Shown here: one piece after another, positions 10,790-22,468 of the stretch
Position numbering within the stretch: the first letter of the stretch is position 1
How the letters are laid out: each line of letters opens with the position of its first letter
NCBI RefSeq assembly: GCF_963921235.1
Contig: NC_086097.1
Coordinates: 223,388,001 to 223,452,000 of the forward strand
DNA from: Mobula hypostoma
Lineage: Eukaryota
Direction: 5' to 3'
Length of the DNA: 64,000 nt
Notes under the pieces: model-generated
Told to the model about the DNA's origin: nothing
Database searches by the model: none
The model's input: the letters and a program-made list of their open reading frames with translations, nothing else
Translations under genes and position numbers: made by a program

Positions 10790-11545
10790 TCAATGACTTA
10801 AGTGATGTCACAACAACCTTGCACCAAGGAATTGATTGTGGATTTCAAAAAAGGGAAGTCAAGGGAACACACATCAGTCTTCACTGAGGGATCAGCAGTG
10901 GAAAGAGTGAACAGTTTCAAGTTCCTTGGTGGCAACATCTATCTTGTGCCCAATATATTAATGCAATTATAAAGAAAGAATGACAGAAGATATATTTCAT
11001 TAGGAGTTTGAAAAGTCTTAGTATGTCATGAAAGACTCTTGCAAATTTCTACAGTTGTACCTTGGAGGGCATTCTAACTGGTTGCATTACCGTTTGGTAT
11101 GGAGAGGCCACTGTATAGGATCGGGAAAAGCTGCAAAAAGTTATAAACTCAGCCAGCTCCCTAATGGGCACTAGCCTCTCCAGCATCAAGGAAATTTTCA
11201 GAAGGTGATACCTCAGAAGGCGGCATCCATTATTAAGGACCCCCCATCACCCAGGACATGCCTTGTTCTCATTGCCACCATCATGGTGGTGGTACAGGAG
11301 CATGAAGACATACTCATGTTTCAGGAGCACCCTCTTCCCCTCCATCAGATTTCTGAATGGACAATAAATCCATGTACTCTACCTCACCATGTTTTCGTTG
11401 TTCACTCTCTCCTTACACTTAGTTAATTTACGTATTTCTTATTGTAATTTAGTTTTTTTACATATTGCAATGTACTGCTCCTGCAAAACAACAAATTTCA
11501 TGACATAAGACATTTCAGCGATATTAAACTGAATCTGATTCTGAA
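10790..11545 (+). mobile_element. Decayed Rex1/Babar-type LINE 3' fragment
   Basis: KAASIIKDP remnant and (CTGATT) tail; similar to 55890-56560. Confidence 0.7.
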
Positions 11546-13784
11546 CTGCCTGCACAAAGCTCCAGCTACATACCTCATCACATTGGTCCCCAGAACCTGA
11601 TTCTCCTGCCCCACCACATCTAACCGCAACAACCCACAGCCTCCAGATCCATCTGCACACTTAATGACTGGTCTCCATACTGAACTCATCTGCACAATCA
11701 ACTGTACCAGCCGAAAACACTCAGCTGGAAATGTTCCTAGTTCAGTTCTGTGTTGCAATAAATTTGTGGCAGTCTGACAAAAGTTAAGTAGTATTGTTTT
11801 GCTCCCAAGCATATTATCTAACACAAATACAACATAAGCCTCGTGACCAAGCTTTCCCAAGATTACACTTCTGGCAGAAATTTCTTCCAACAAGGATTAA
11901 TTACAGAGTTATACATACGGCGTGTCACAATTAATCTAACTGTTACAATATGGTACTTTAATTTCTACTCCTGTAAACTCCAGGTCACCACCACTTTCTG
12001 TAAAAGGATTTTTCTCCATTTCCCTCCTAATGTTTCTACTAATTACTTTAAAATCTATAAATCTTTAGATTTTGACTCCTCTGCAAAGAGAAACAGGTCC
12101 AACTTCTCTTTTATGTATCCTAGCCTATCAAAATTTTATCCATTTAAATTAAGTCTCCCCTCAACCTTTTCTGTTTGAAAGAAAACAACATTAACTTATC
12201 CGATCTTTCCTCAAAGCAATAACTTTACACTCCTAGCAGCAGCTTTGTAAACTTCCTCCATTGCCTCTCTGTTGACATCTCATCTTCTCTGCAGTGCTCA
12301 AGCTGCAACCTTACCTGTGTAATGTACAGTACTAGCAAAACGTCACTGCGTTTAAATTCTAACCCTTGCATAATGAACGATAGCAATTCGTGTGCTTTTT
12401 TAAAATCAACTTGTCAGCCAGCTCTTCTGCTGTAAGTGATCTGAGCATAAACACTGCAAGATTTCTCTGTTCCTCTACACACACTCAATTTCCTGCCATT
12501 TATTGCAATCTGAAATATGAAAGGATGTAAGTTTACCATTTTATTTTATTGCTCCTTTTTATCTGCCTTTAGTTTGTTGAATAGTTGTGGAAATATTTTT
12601 GCTTGCATCTTATTGTTTGCATATGACCTATCAGCATGCTTTGTGCTTCCTTTTACCACTCTCCTTCCCTTTGTTTAGGCATATTTTTTATATGGTTCTT
12701 GTTCACAGAAACTTTGTACATTGATTTCAGCAACCCACAATTAACCCCCGAGTAAGCCATTTAAACTTATTCCAAATCTTTTGTCATTCTGGAATTAATT
12801 GCAGGTTTTTCATATCTTTTGGTTCTAACAATTTAAAGTTTGTAATGTTGTTTATCCCCAGACCTTCAATCTGCAGGCCCTCTCTTGCTGACCTTTTAAT
12901 TCTCTTCAGCTACATGGCTGCTCTTTCTCTTCAAAGGTTTTCGCAGAAACAAAGTCTGAGTGCTTTTAATCCTTCCATTAATTTCTTCAGTTCCTGCTCA
13001 ATAGCCATTTCTCCCCATTGTAAAGTATTCAGAGACATTTATAAGTTATTAAATACTTCATAAGCACTCATTGTCTTGAATTTCCCTAACTGTTACATTT
13101 CTGACGAAGTGAACTCTGCCCTTCAATGGTCAGTCAAGGTTAATTGTATGTACTTTGCCGATCAGGTGACTGAGCAAAGTGCTGGTTTCAACAGGTTATT
13201 CGTGTTAACTGAAAGACTTAAGTAGGAAAAAATGCAAAGAGGATTTGCAATGAAAGTTTCCTTTTGTTATTCTTTCCCTTAGAAGAAATCAGCTGTAATA
13301 AAAGGAGCACCGAAATTAGTGCAGCATTGTGTTCTTATCCACTGATTGTTTTAACTGTTTCTCTCTCCTGTAGTACTTAGTTTTTTTTTCCCATTAATCA
13401 GCTTTACACCACTTTAAGTGGGTTGGTAGCATTAATGCCACTGGGATCAGTGTTATAGAAAGGTCTCAGCCCGAAAGGCCAACTGCTTATTCCTCTTCAT
13501 AGATACTGCATGACCTGCTGAGTTCCTTCAGCACTTTGTGTGTGTTGTTCCGCATTTCCAGCATCTGCAGAATCTCTTGTTTACAATGTTATTGTAAATG
13601 TGGCATGTGTTAAAGCGGCATTTCAATACACCGCAACCCAAAACATTCTGCTGTTGTTTGTGGAATTCAGTGTTCCAATTACAAATGTTGGTCAACTCCG
13701 TTTTGTTCAGTTAGATGATTACCAGTAGAGATAAAGTCTATGATCTTGGACTCTTGACCTCACAGTCTACCTTGCTAGGATAGA

Positions 13785-14250
13785 GACAGAGTCATAGAAC
13801 ACTAGAAACATGATCCAAATTGCTCTTAAACATTGACCCTGCATCCACCTGTTCCACTGGCAGCTCGTTCCACACTCTCACCACCCCGAGTGAAGAAATT
13901 CTCCCTCATGTTCCCCTTAAATATTTCACCTTTCACTCTTCACCTATAACCTCTAATTCTAGTCATTCCCAACCTCAGTGGAAAAGTTTGCTTGCATCCA
14001 TATCCCTCATAATTTCGTCTACCTCTGTCAAAACTCCCCTCATTCGCCCACACTCTAGGGAATAAAGTCCTAACTTAATTCAACTTTTCCTTGTCACTCA
14101 GGTCCCAGCAACATCCTTGTAAATTTTCTCGGCATTCTTTCAATCTTATTGCTATCTTTCCTATGAGTAGGTGATTAGAACTGTGCACGATCCTACAAAT
14201 TAGGCCTCACCAACACCTTCAGCACAACATCCCAACTCCTGTACTCAATT
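13785..14250 (-). mobile_element. Decayed CR1 3' fragment
   Basis: Similar to 52145-52680 and 24990-25245. Confidence 0.7.
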
Positions 14251-14405
14251 TACAGTTCAGCCACACTGCATTTTCTCTTTTACCTGTTACGCTTAATTCT
14301 GCACTTTTATTGCTTCATAACATTACACTGTGTAATCTGAATGAACAGTATGCAAGATAAGCTTTTCACTGTATCTCAGTTCATGTGATAATAATAAACC
14401 AATTC

Positions 14406-14996
14406 CAGACATCCCACCCTGCAAAAACTCATTTCAGGGAGGTAGCACCATCAATTTGCGGGAGACTCCCGGGAGAGGTGGGATGTCTGCAATACAGTAG
14501 CTCCTTAGCAGCTAGTCAGCTAGTTTAAATAACGTTAGCTATGCTAATGAACGAATGACACCTGTTAAACTCACCTCAACATGTCTTTTACAGTCTTAAC
14601 CCACCATGGGCAATAGAAAAGTCACTGTTGCAAACAGTGCAGTGAGCAACACTGTCATTATTTTGACCCCTATTAGGCAGGGGTACACTTTAGTGTAGTC
14701 TGGGGTGACGTACGTTTTATATATTTTTTGGAACACTCTGCAATGGCGCGCTCTCGCTCGCGCTCTCCCTCTCTCGCTTACTTTCTCGCTTGCTCTCTCT
14801 CGCTTTCTCGCTCGCACGCTCGCTTGCCTTCGCTCTCGTTGTCTCTCGTGGTCGCTCTCGCGCTCTCTCTTGCTTTTCTCTCACTTGCTCTCAAAAATAT
14901 TGATTTCTGTGATATTGTATATAATTTGCGGGCATCAGGGAGCCACTATTAATATGTAAGAGACTCCCGGAAGTTCCGGGAGAGGTGGGATGTCTG
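14406..14996. mobile_element. Non-autonomous DNA transposon (hAT-like) with duplicated right TIR
   Basis: TIR CAGACATCCCACC (14406) and GGTGGGATGTCTG (ends 14996), with an extra right TIR ending at 14489; internal CTCG/CT-rich tract 14745-14892; no clean TSD. Confidence 0.7.
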
Positions 14997-15797
14997 CATT
15001 TCCAACTGTGAAATGCAATACTTGAAAATCCAACTTTCTGCATACACATCTGAGCTAGGGCATGATCTGCAATAGTTTAAGCTCCTCCGAATTGTAGTCA
15101 TCAGTGACTCGAAACAATGCATGAGGGAAACGCAGAAGACAAAAGACATGAACAGCAGCCGTCAAGTTAAGTTGAAAAGCACAATAACTGCAGATGTTAA
15201 AAATCTAAAATAAAAATGGAAATACACAGCAGGTCAGGCTGCATCTATGGGATGAAAGGTAAGCTGACATTTCAGGTCGACCTTTCATTAACATTAACTC
15301 TTGTTTCTTTCTGATATGGTCTGACCTGCTAAGTATTCCCAGCATTCTCTCTTTATATTAGTCAAGCTAAGGGTGCTTGACCTGCTCATTACGTACACAA
15401 TTACATTACACATACTGTTGACACTGGCAATGTGCAGATGTGTTATCTAACATGCAGCTGCCTGATATTGGCTACCATGTACATCAGGCAGCCATACTGA
15501 GGCTCTATTAATCTTCAGTGCTGCCTCCTCTTCAGTTAATATCTACAAGATTAGTAAAGTTGTTCCTCTACTTCTTTGCCCCCTTGTCCTGCAAGGACAG
15601 GGAGAGATCCATGAGGGAGAATAATGTTAGTTTTCACAGGTTGGTTGGGGAGAACTTCAAGGTGATTCTGAGGAAGCAGCCTCCCACACTAAGAACGAGC
15701 ATTCTTATTCATGGTGCTTGGATAGATGCAGATTTGAGGAAGTGCAGAGACAGAAAGAGATGGTGCTTTGTAAGGAAAACTGGTGTGGGATGTGTGT

Positions 15798-15969
15798 AAA
15801 CAACAGGAATTCTGCAGATGCTGGAAATTCAAGCAACACACATCAAAGTTGCTGGTGAACGCAGCAGGCCAGGCAGCATCTCTAGGAAGAGGTGCAGTCG
15901 ACGTTTCGGGCCGAGACCCTTCGTCAGGACTAACTGAAGGAAGAGTGAGTAAGGGATTTGAAAGTTGGA
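15798..15969 (-). mobile_element. Short PLE 3'-end insertion with hammerhead motif (15895-15936)
   Basis: Matches pLTR tail and HHR; flanked by 11-bp direct repeat GGGATGTGTGT (15787-15797, 15970-15980). Confidence 0.88.
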
Positions 15970-16867
15970 GGGATGTGTGTGTCACATTGTAAGGACACTA
16001 ATGCTGCCTCTATTCCTGTCCTGTTTCTATTTAACCACCTCGTGCAGTGAAACCTGCTGAGCAATCATGCCTCCAGTCATATCTTCCCAGTGTCCCTGAC
16101 AGACTTCTTCCTTTCACAGTTGGAAGAAAGTCCTAACAAATCTCAAAACCATACTGGAAAAGTGAGGGTTGACTTCTTTCCACAGTAAGAATTCTTCTTT
16201 ACAGCTCTTAATGTTTCAGCTCACTTACAAAAAGGAAGATATTTCATACACTGAAAATGAACAGATGACAGAAATGTTCAGCCAGAAGGCAACACACCTG
16301 GTGAACTGTTTTGATGGAAGGTCACTGGCCTGAAATGATTTATGCACAGATTCTAAATGGCTTCTTCAATGTTTCCAAGATTGTCTATTTCTGTTTCAAA
16401 TTAAATGCTGGCCGTGCCTCTTAAATACTTAGTTTGTTGGATGTGAACTATCATCATGCATGCTGATATTCGCTGTTCAGGAACCAGAATCAGTTTAATA
16501 TCACCAGCATGTGTCGTGAAATTTGAATCCCAAGAATTAGATGTTAATAAAGAGAATATCTTAATTCAGTTGCCCAGATAAGTTAGCAGAGGGTCTGATA
16601 TTCATATGGATATTTAACAAAATGTGCTTTTGTTGGCAGTTTAAGGATTTTGTCCTCAACTTTGGTGGATGCCAGGTGCAAAGTGTCACTGATAACAAAA
16701 AGCAGAAGTGACTCAGTAGTATAGGTCAAGGAGCTCTGTAAGATTTACATCATCATAATAATTATTTTTCATTGGAACATCATCATCCAATTTTTGCAAA
16801 AGCTGATCAGATACATTTTCCTCTGATGGGGAAGAATGTCATTCTATTTTTAGATATAAACACCTAC

Positions 16868-16975
16868 CTCAAAATTGACTGGCAAGTTTCGCTTCAAAGC
16901 AATCTCAAACACCAAGCTGATTTCAGACTTGTTTATATCTGCGTCCTGTTCTCCTTCTTTTGAAATTTCATCAGT
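16868..16975 (-). CDS. STAU2: Staufen-2 internal coding exon (linker and start of dsRBD3)
   Basis: Not in the ORF track; read manually as [36 protein letters not shown] (Staufen [15 protein letters not shown] motif). 108 bp, phase 0-0, acceptor TTTCTCATATTGTAG, donor GTAGGT; in frame with the exon at 41213-41372. Confidence 0.93.
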
Positions 16976-17512
16976 CTACAATATGAGAAAACAAAAAAAG
17001 TTATATCATTGTTTCGTGTGCTCTATCTTAAAAAATTATGAGGGTAAAATTTGCTTGGTGTAAATGACTGGTGATGCAAACCAAAATTTCACACCACTGC
17101 CCCCCGCTGACATCCTGTTAAATTCCAGCTTTTGCTGATCCAAATATGCAAGTTACTAATATAAAGAAAAAATCCTGAGAACACTACAGAAATAATTAAG
17201 TTGGACCTTTATTACCTTCCTGTGTGCGCTCAATAAGTAGATCCCAACATTTCTGAAAATGTTGAATGCGATTTTCTAATCCAACGAGATACACTAGTCT
17301 GGAAGTAAGTATGTGCTGTACTGACAGTGTCAATATCATTTTAAATTAACACACAGGATGTTATACAGGAGTCTGCATTTGAATCTAGTCAACATTTCTA
17401 ATATGAACAGGAATTATGATTACTTTGTAACGGTCAAAACAAAAAGGACATTAGAAACAAGTAGGTCATACTGTTCTTCCAATACCATTTCACAAAATCA
17501 TGCCTGAATCAC

Positions 17513-17666
17513 AACCAAGAGAAAACCTGCAGATACTGGAAATCCGCACAACACACACACAAAATGCTGGAGGAACTCAGCAGGCCAGGCAGCATCTATG
17601 GGGGAAAATCGTTTCCGCAGATGCTGCCTGGCCTGCTGAGTTCCTCCAGCATTTTGTGTGTGTTGC
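17513..17666. mobile_element. Fold-back PLE 3'-end remnant, related subfamily
   Basis: CAACACACACAAAATGCTGGAGGAACTCAGCAGGCCAGGCAGCATCT followed, after a short spacer, by its reverse complement. Confidence 0.8.
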
Positions 17667-18554
17667 TCTGCTTGTGTCAACTCCAGTTTCCTGCTTAACT
17701 CTCATGCCCCCTCTTTTGCCATTAGTCCTAAAATTTATCTCAGCCTTGAAATGATTTAACTCAGCATCATAGCTCTTCAGAATAAAAAAAATCTGAAGAG
17801 TCACGACTCCCAGAGAAGAAATTTTGTGAAGCTTCAGTCTTAAACATTTGTCACTCTATCCTGAGATTATGCCCCCTAACTGCAAGTTTACCTCCTTCCA
17901 GGGAAAGGACCATTACAGCATCTAACACGTTAAGCCACCTCAGAATCTTACGTTTTTTAAAGACCCTATTTTATTCTTCTAAAGAGTGAATATTAAATAT
18001 TAGCTTTATTTGTCGCATGCATGTTGAAACACAGTGATATGCGTCATCTGTGTCAAATCAAATCATCAAGGATTGTGCTAGGCTTCCCAAAACTCACTAA
18101 CCCTAACCCAGATATCTGTGGAATGTGGAAGGAAACCAGGGCACCCAGAGGAAACATGTGCAGTCAAGAGGAGAACGTACGGACACCTCACAGAGAGCAG
18201 CAGCAGGAACTATAATGGTGTTACACTAACTGGTACACTGCCATGCTGCCTAATTGAGCCTTAAGTAAGGTCAATTGTTCTTCTTAGCAACTCTTTCAAC
18301 TCAAATTTATTGAGCCAAGGAAAGTACGTCTCTCATTAAATGTCCTTGAACTTAATCAATCATAGCTGGACAAAGGCTTTCCCATTTTTGAGCTCCATTC
18401 CTCACAAAATGGCCAGCATTCCATTTGCTGTCCTTAGCTCCATGCCAATTTGGCATTTCTTACACCAGGGTAATCCAGCTCCCTCTACATACTCACATTC
18501 ATTAGTTAAAGACTATTAGTTAAATATTATACAGCTTCTTCATTCCTTTTGAGA

Positions 18555-19135
18555 TATAGTTACAGCTATAGAAGACCTTGGTCAGACCCCACCTGGAATA
18601 CTGTGTTCAGATCGGGTCACCTCACGACAGGAAGAATGTGGATACTATAGAGAGAGTGCAGAGGAGATATAGAAGGATGTTACCTGGATTGGAGGGCATA
18701 CCTCATGAGAATAGGTCGCATGTACCTGGCCTTTTCTCCTTGGAACAGCAGAGGATGAGAGGTAACCTGATAGAGGTGTATAAGATGAAAAGGGGCACTG
18801 ATCATGTGGATAGTCAGAGGCTTTTTCCCAGAGCTGAAATGGCTAACGGGAGAGGGCAGAGCTTTAAGGTGCTTGGAAATAGGTATCAAGTGGATGTCAG
18901 GGGTAGGTTTTTCCACACAGAGAGTGGTGGGTGCGTGAAATGCACTGCCAGCAGCAGTGATGGAAGCGGATACAGTAGGATCTTTTAAGAGCCTCTTATG
19001 TAGGTACATGGAGGTTAGAAAAATAGAGGCCTATGCGCTAGGGAAATTCCAGGCAGTCTCTAGAGAAGGTTACATGGCCGGCACAACATTGTGGACCGAA
19101 AGGCCTGTAAGATGCTATAAATTTCTACATTCTAT
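18555..19135 (+). mobile_element. CR1 3' fragment
   Basis: ORF 18578-18988 VRPHLEYCVQ...IERVQRR...LFSLE. Confidence 0.85.
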
Positions 19136-19725
19136 ATATTGCTCTGATGAAGCAGTAGGCAGCTTTGAGTCTTCAGATAAAAAAGTCAACAATTGCTAAA
19201 CACACTTCATTCTGAAGTTGACCAAATCTTCTTTGAGGAACTGACTGCCAGAAACATAACTACTAAAGGCAGAGGCCAAGACGTTTTGCAACTATGAGGC
19301 ATCACACTTAAAAAATCCAGTGAATTTATTCACCATTTCCCATCTTTATTCATTATAAGATTTTACAATTTGCCTGAAATTGTGCCTATTTTTAAACTCC
19401 AAAGACGTTTACACCCTATCCTCGTTATATGCGTCTTCAGTTATGCAAGGAACCTATTTCTACCAACTTCTCCTTGTATGCGTCCAAAACTCAGTTATGT
19501 GAGGAGCACTGCTTTCTTGCCAATACAAGTCACGTGCGCACGCCTCACAGTCGGGACGAGAAGCACCGCTTCCCGCCAATACAAGTCACGTGCACACGCC
19601 TCACAGTCTCACTCCCGCCAGTCTCGCATTGGTTTTGGCAACGTGTGGATGTGCGATCTTGCGCTCTTAAACTTTTGTTGTTTTTACCTAGCGGTGCAGT
19701 GATTTTGTGCTTGAAATATTTAGCT

Positions 19726-21930
19726 AAGCCTCCTAAGCGCCCGATGTCAAGTCCTGGGCCATCAGCCAAGCGGCAGAGAACCACCTTTAACACTTGAAAA
19801 AAAGTTGGAAATTATAAACAGGGCGGCGTCAGGTGAAGGTAACACAGCTCTGGGATGCTACTTCAGCCTAGGTGAGTCCACGATTAGAAACATAAAGAAA
19901 AATGCTGAGAAAATAAGAAGTGCAGTGATTGATTCATAGTCATAGTCATACTTTACTGATCCCGGGGGAAATTGGTTTTCTTTACAGTTGCACCATAAAT
20001 AATAAATAGTAATAGAACCATAAATAGTTAAATAGTAATATGTAAATTACGCCAGTAAATTATGAACTAAGTCCAGGACCAGCCTATCAGCTCAGGGTGT
20101 CTGACCCTCCAAGGGAGGAGTTGTAAAGTTTGATGGCCACAGGCAGCAATGACTTCCTATGACGCTCAGTGCTGCATCTAGGTAGAATGAGTCTCTGGCT
20201 GAATGTACTCCTGTGCCCACCCAGTACATTATGTAGTGGATGGGAGACATTGACCAAGATGGCATGCAACTTAGACAGCATCCTCTTTTCAGACACCACC
20301 ATCAGAGAGTCCAGTTCTATCCCCACAACATCACTGGCCTTACGAATGAGTTTGTTGATTCTGTTGGTGTCTGCTACCCTCAGCCTGCTGCCCCAGCACA
20401 CAACAGCAAACATGACGAGTGTCTTCAAAGATTGCTACCAAAGTGCCTAACCCGATTATGACAAAAATGGAGAAAATGTTGAGTTTGTACATTGAGCATG
20501 AAACAAAGGAAAAAACAACACTTAGTTCTAATCATCTTCGTGTGAAAGCTTTGGAAATTTATGGTCACCTTTGTTCAGAGGCTAGTGAGGAAATGTCAAG
20601 TGATATCGTTAGCTTTAACAGGCTTCACAACTTAGCTGTGCGTGGTGAGCAAGCCAGTGCTGATCACGAAGCTGCTGAACGCTATCCTGTGCAGTTGCAC
20701 ACTCTGATAGCTGAGTTAGGCATCACACCAAAGCAGGTGTGACGCAGACGAGACCGGGCTTTTTTGGAAGCGTATGCCGAAACGCACTTTCATAAGTAAG
20801 GATGAAAAAACTGCGTCAGGTTTCAAGGCAGCAAAGGATAGATTGACTTTGCTTATGTGTTCCAATGCCAAAGGAGGCTATAAGATGAAGCCTCTCTTAG
20901 TTGACTAAACCCCCGTGCTCTTAAGGGTTTGAGTAAGAATATGCTTCCTGTCCACCAGGCAGCTAACAAGAAAGCATGGGTCACTGGTCAAATCTTTGAA
21001 GATTGGTTTGCTAATCATTTTGCTGTTGAGGTTGAACGCTACTGCCAGGAACAGAATCTTGTCTTTAAAGTTCTTCTGTTGCTTGATAATGCGCCAGCCC
21101 ATCCTAAACATTTGGACAGCATTCATTCTAACATTACAGTGCATTTCCTGCCGCCTAACACAACATCGCTGATTCAACCATTCAACCAAGGTGTGATATC
21201 CACATTCAAGGCATATTTTTTTTACAGCAAATTATCTCTCAGATGTTGCAAGCATCAGACGATTTTGAAGATCCCAGGTGTTTACCAACGGCGAGGGAAT
21301 GGTGGAAGTCCTTCAATATCAGACATGCCATCAACAACATTGATGAATCCCGGAAAGAGGTCAGGTCAGGTCTTCCTGGAAATCAATTTGCGCGGAGTGT
21401 GTGCACACCCTCAAGGGGTTTCCCGCCTTCACTGCAGCTGTCCAGGATTGTGTGGCCCTGAGCCGTAAAATTGGTGGGAAAGGATCCTCAGATCTCGAGA
21501 CTGCTGACGTGGTAGAACTCCTGGATTCTCATGATGATGAAATACGTGTGGATGACCTCTGCATTTAACTCAGACTGAAGGTGATAACGATGAAGAAGAA
21601 AGTGTCGATTTGCAGGTGAAGGATTTTACGGTGAAGCAACTGGCAGAATTTTTTAAGGCTGCGGAACATTTGGCACAAATGGCGATGGACATGGACCCAA
21701 GTTTAGAACAGAGTCAGCATTTCAGTTGTTCCCTGCAGTCAAGCCTTCTTCCCTACAAGCACATTTATGCTGAAAAACAAAATGCTGCCTAGCAAACAAC
21801 CCTCACCACTTTCTTCAAACCGGTGTCATCCCCTGCTGCCGGCAGAACTGAGAGTTCTGTGAGTCTTCCTTCACCCTTTGCTGTCCTTTATGATCCTGAC
21901 GACCCACAACCATCCACTTCATCCATGTAA
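19726..21930 (+). pseudogene. Disrupted Tigger/CENP-B-like DDE transposase
   Basis: TLEKKLEII...LGESTIRNIKKN (HTH), DETGLFWKRMPKRTFI, KDRLTLLMCSNA, LLLLDNAPAHP, FLPPNTTSLIQP; frameshifts, stops and a LINE insertion. Confidence 0.85.
19934..20416 (-). mobile_element. Rex1-like LINE 3' end nested in the Tigger ORF
   Basis: ORF 20087-20428 (NKLIRKAS...SHPLH...RCSTERHRKS...AIKLYN); (TATGAC)n tail. Confidence 0.8.
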
Positions 21931-22269
21931 AGCTGCCCGACACCACAACAACCATTCATCTCCCGGAGCCAACACACCTGCCACTGTTGATGAGTACTGT
22001 ACACCCTAGTATGTTAACTTTCTATGATTTATTACGTTGAATATTACCTTAAATTGATGAAATATAATATGAATGTTGCCTTGTGCTACTGTTTTTATGT
22101 CGTATTGGTATGAAAGTGTGAATAAGTTACAGATAAAACATTTAGGAAGCCCTCCAGAACGCATCCCTATTTTCTCCATTTAAATAATTATTCACATTAA
22201 GCGTCGACTGCGAGGAACGTATCCCCCGCATATACCGGAATGGGCTTCCTAGCTATTTGTTAAATTAGG

Positions 22270-22468
22270 CAACATACCAAAAATGCGGGAGGAACTCAGC
22301 AGTCAGGCAGCATCCATGGAGCCAAATGAACATTTAATATTCTTCCTGATGTGGGTCTCAGCCCAAAACATGGACTGTTTGTTTATCTCCATGGATGCTG
22401 CCTGACCTGCTGAGTTGTTCCAGCATTTTTTGTGTGTGTTGCTCTAGATTTCTAGCATCTCTTGTGTT
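22270..22468. mobile_element. Older fold-back PLE 3'-end remnant with decayed HHR
   Basis: GGAGGAACTCAGCAGTCAGGCAGCATCCATGGAG ... CTCCATGGATGCTGCCTGACCTGCTGAGTT; decayed CTGATGTGGGTCTCAGCCCAAAAC. Confidence 0.75.

Larger units (their letters stand above)
19412..22245 (+). mobile_element. Tigger/pogo DNA transposon fossil
   Basis: Imperfect TIRs (CCCTATCCTCGTTATATGCG and CGCATATACCGGAATGGG), TA at the left flank, internal transposase remnants. Confidence 0.8.

Noticed and set aside
14596..14959. Arg/Ser/Leu-rich ORFs
   Set aside because: Artefacts of the CTCG/CT low-complexity tract.
1..16867. Next STAU2 exon (expected ..ESGPPHMKSF..)
   Set aside because: Not found by manual scan; probably beyond the window start.
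19726..21930. Domesticated TIGD/CENP-B-like gene
   Set aside because: Multiple frameshifts, stops, a LINE insertion and retained TIR-like ends indicate a dead transposon.
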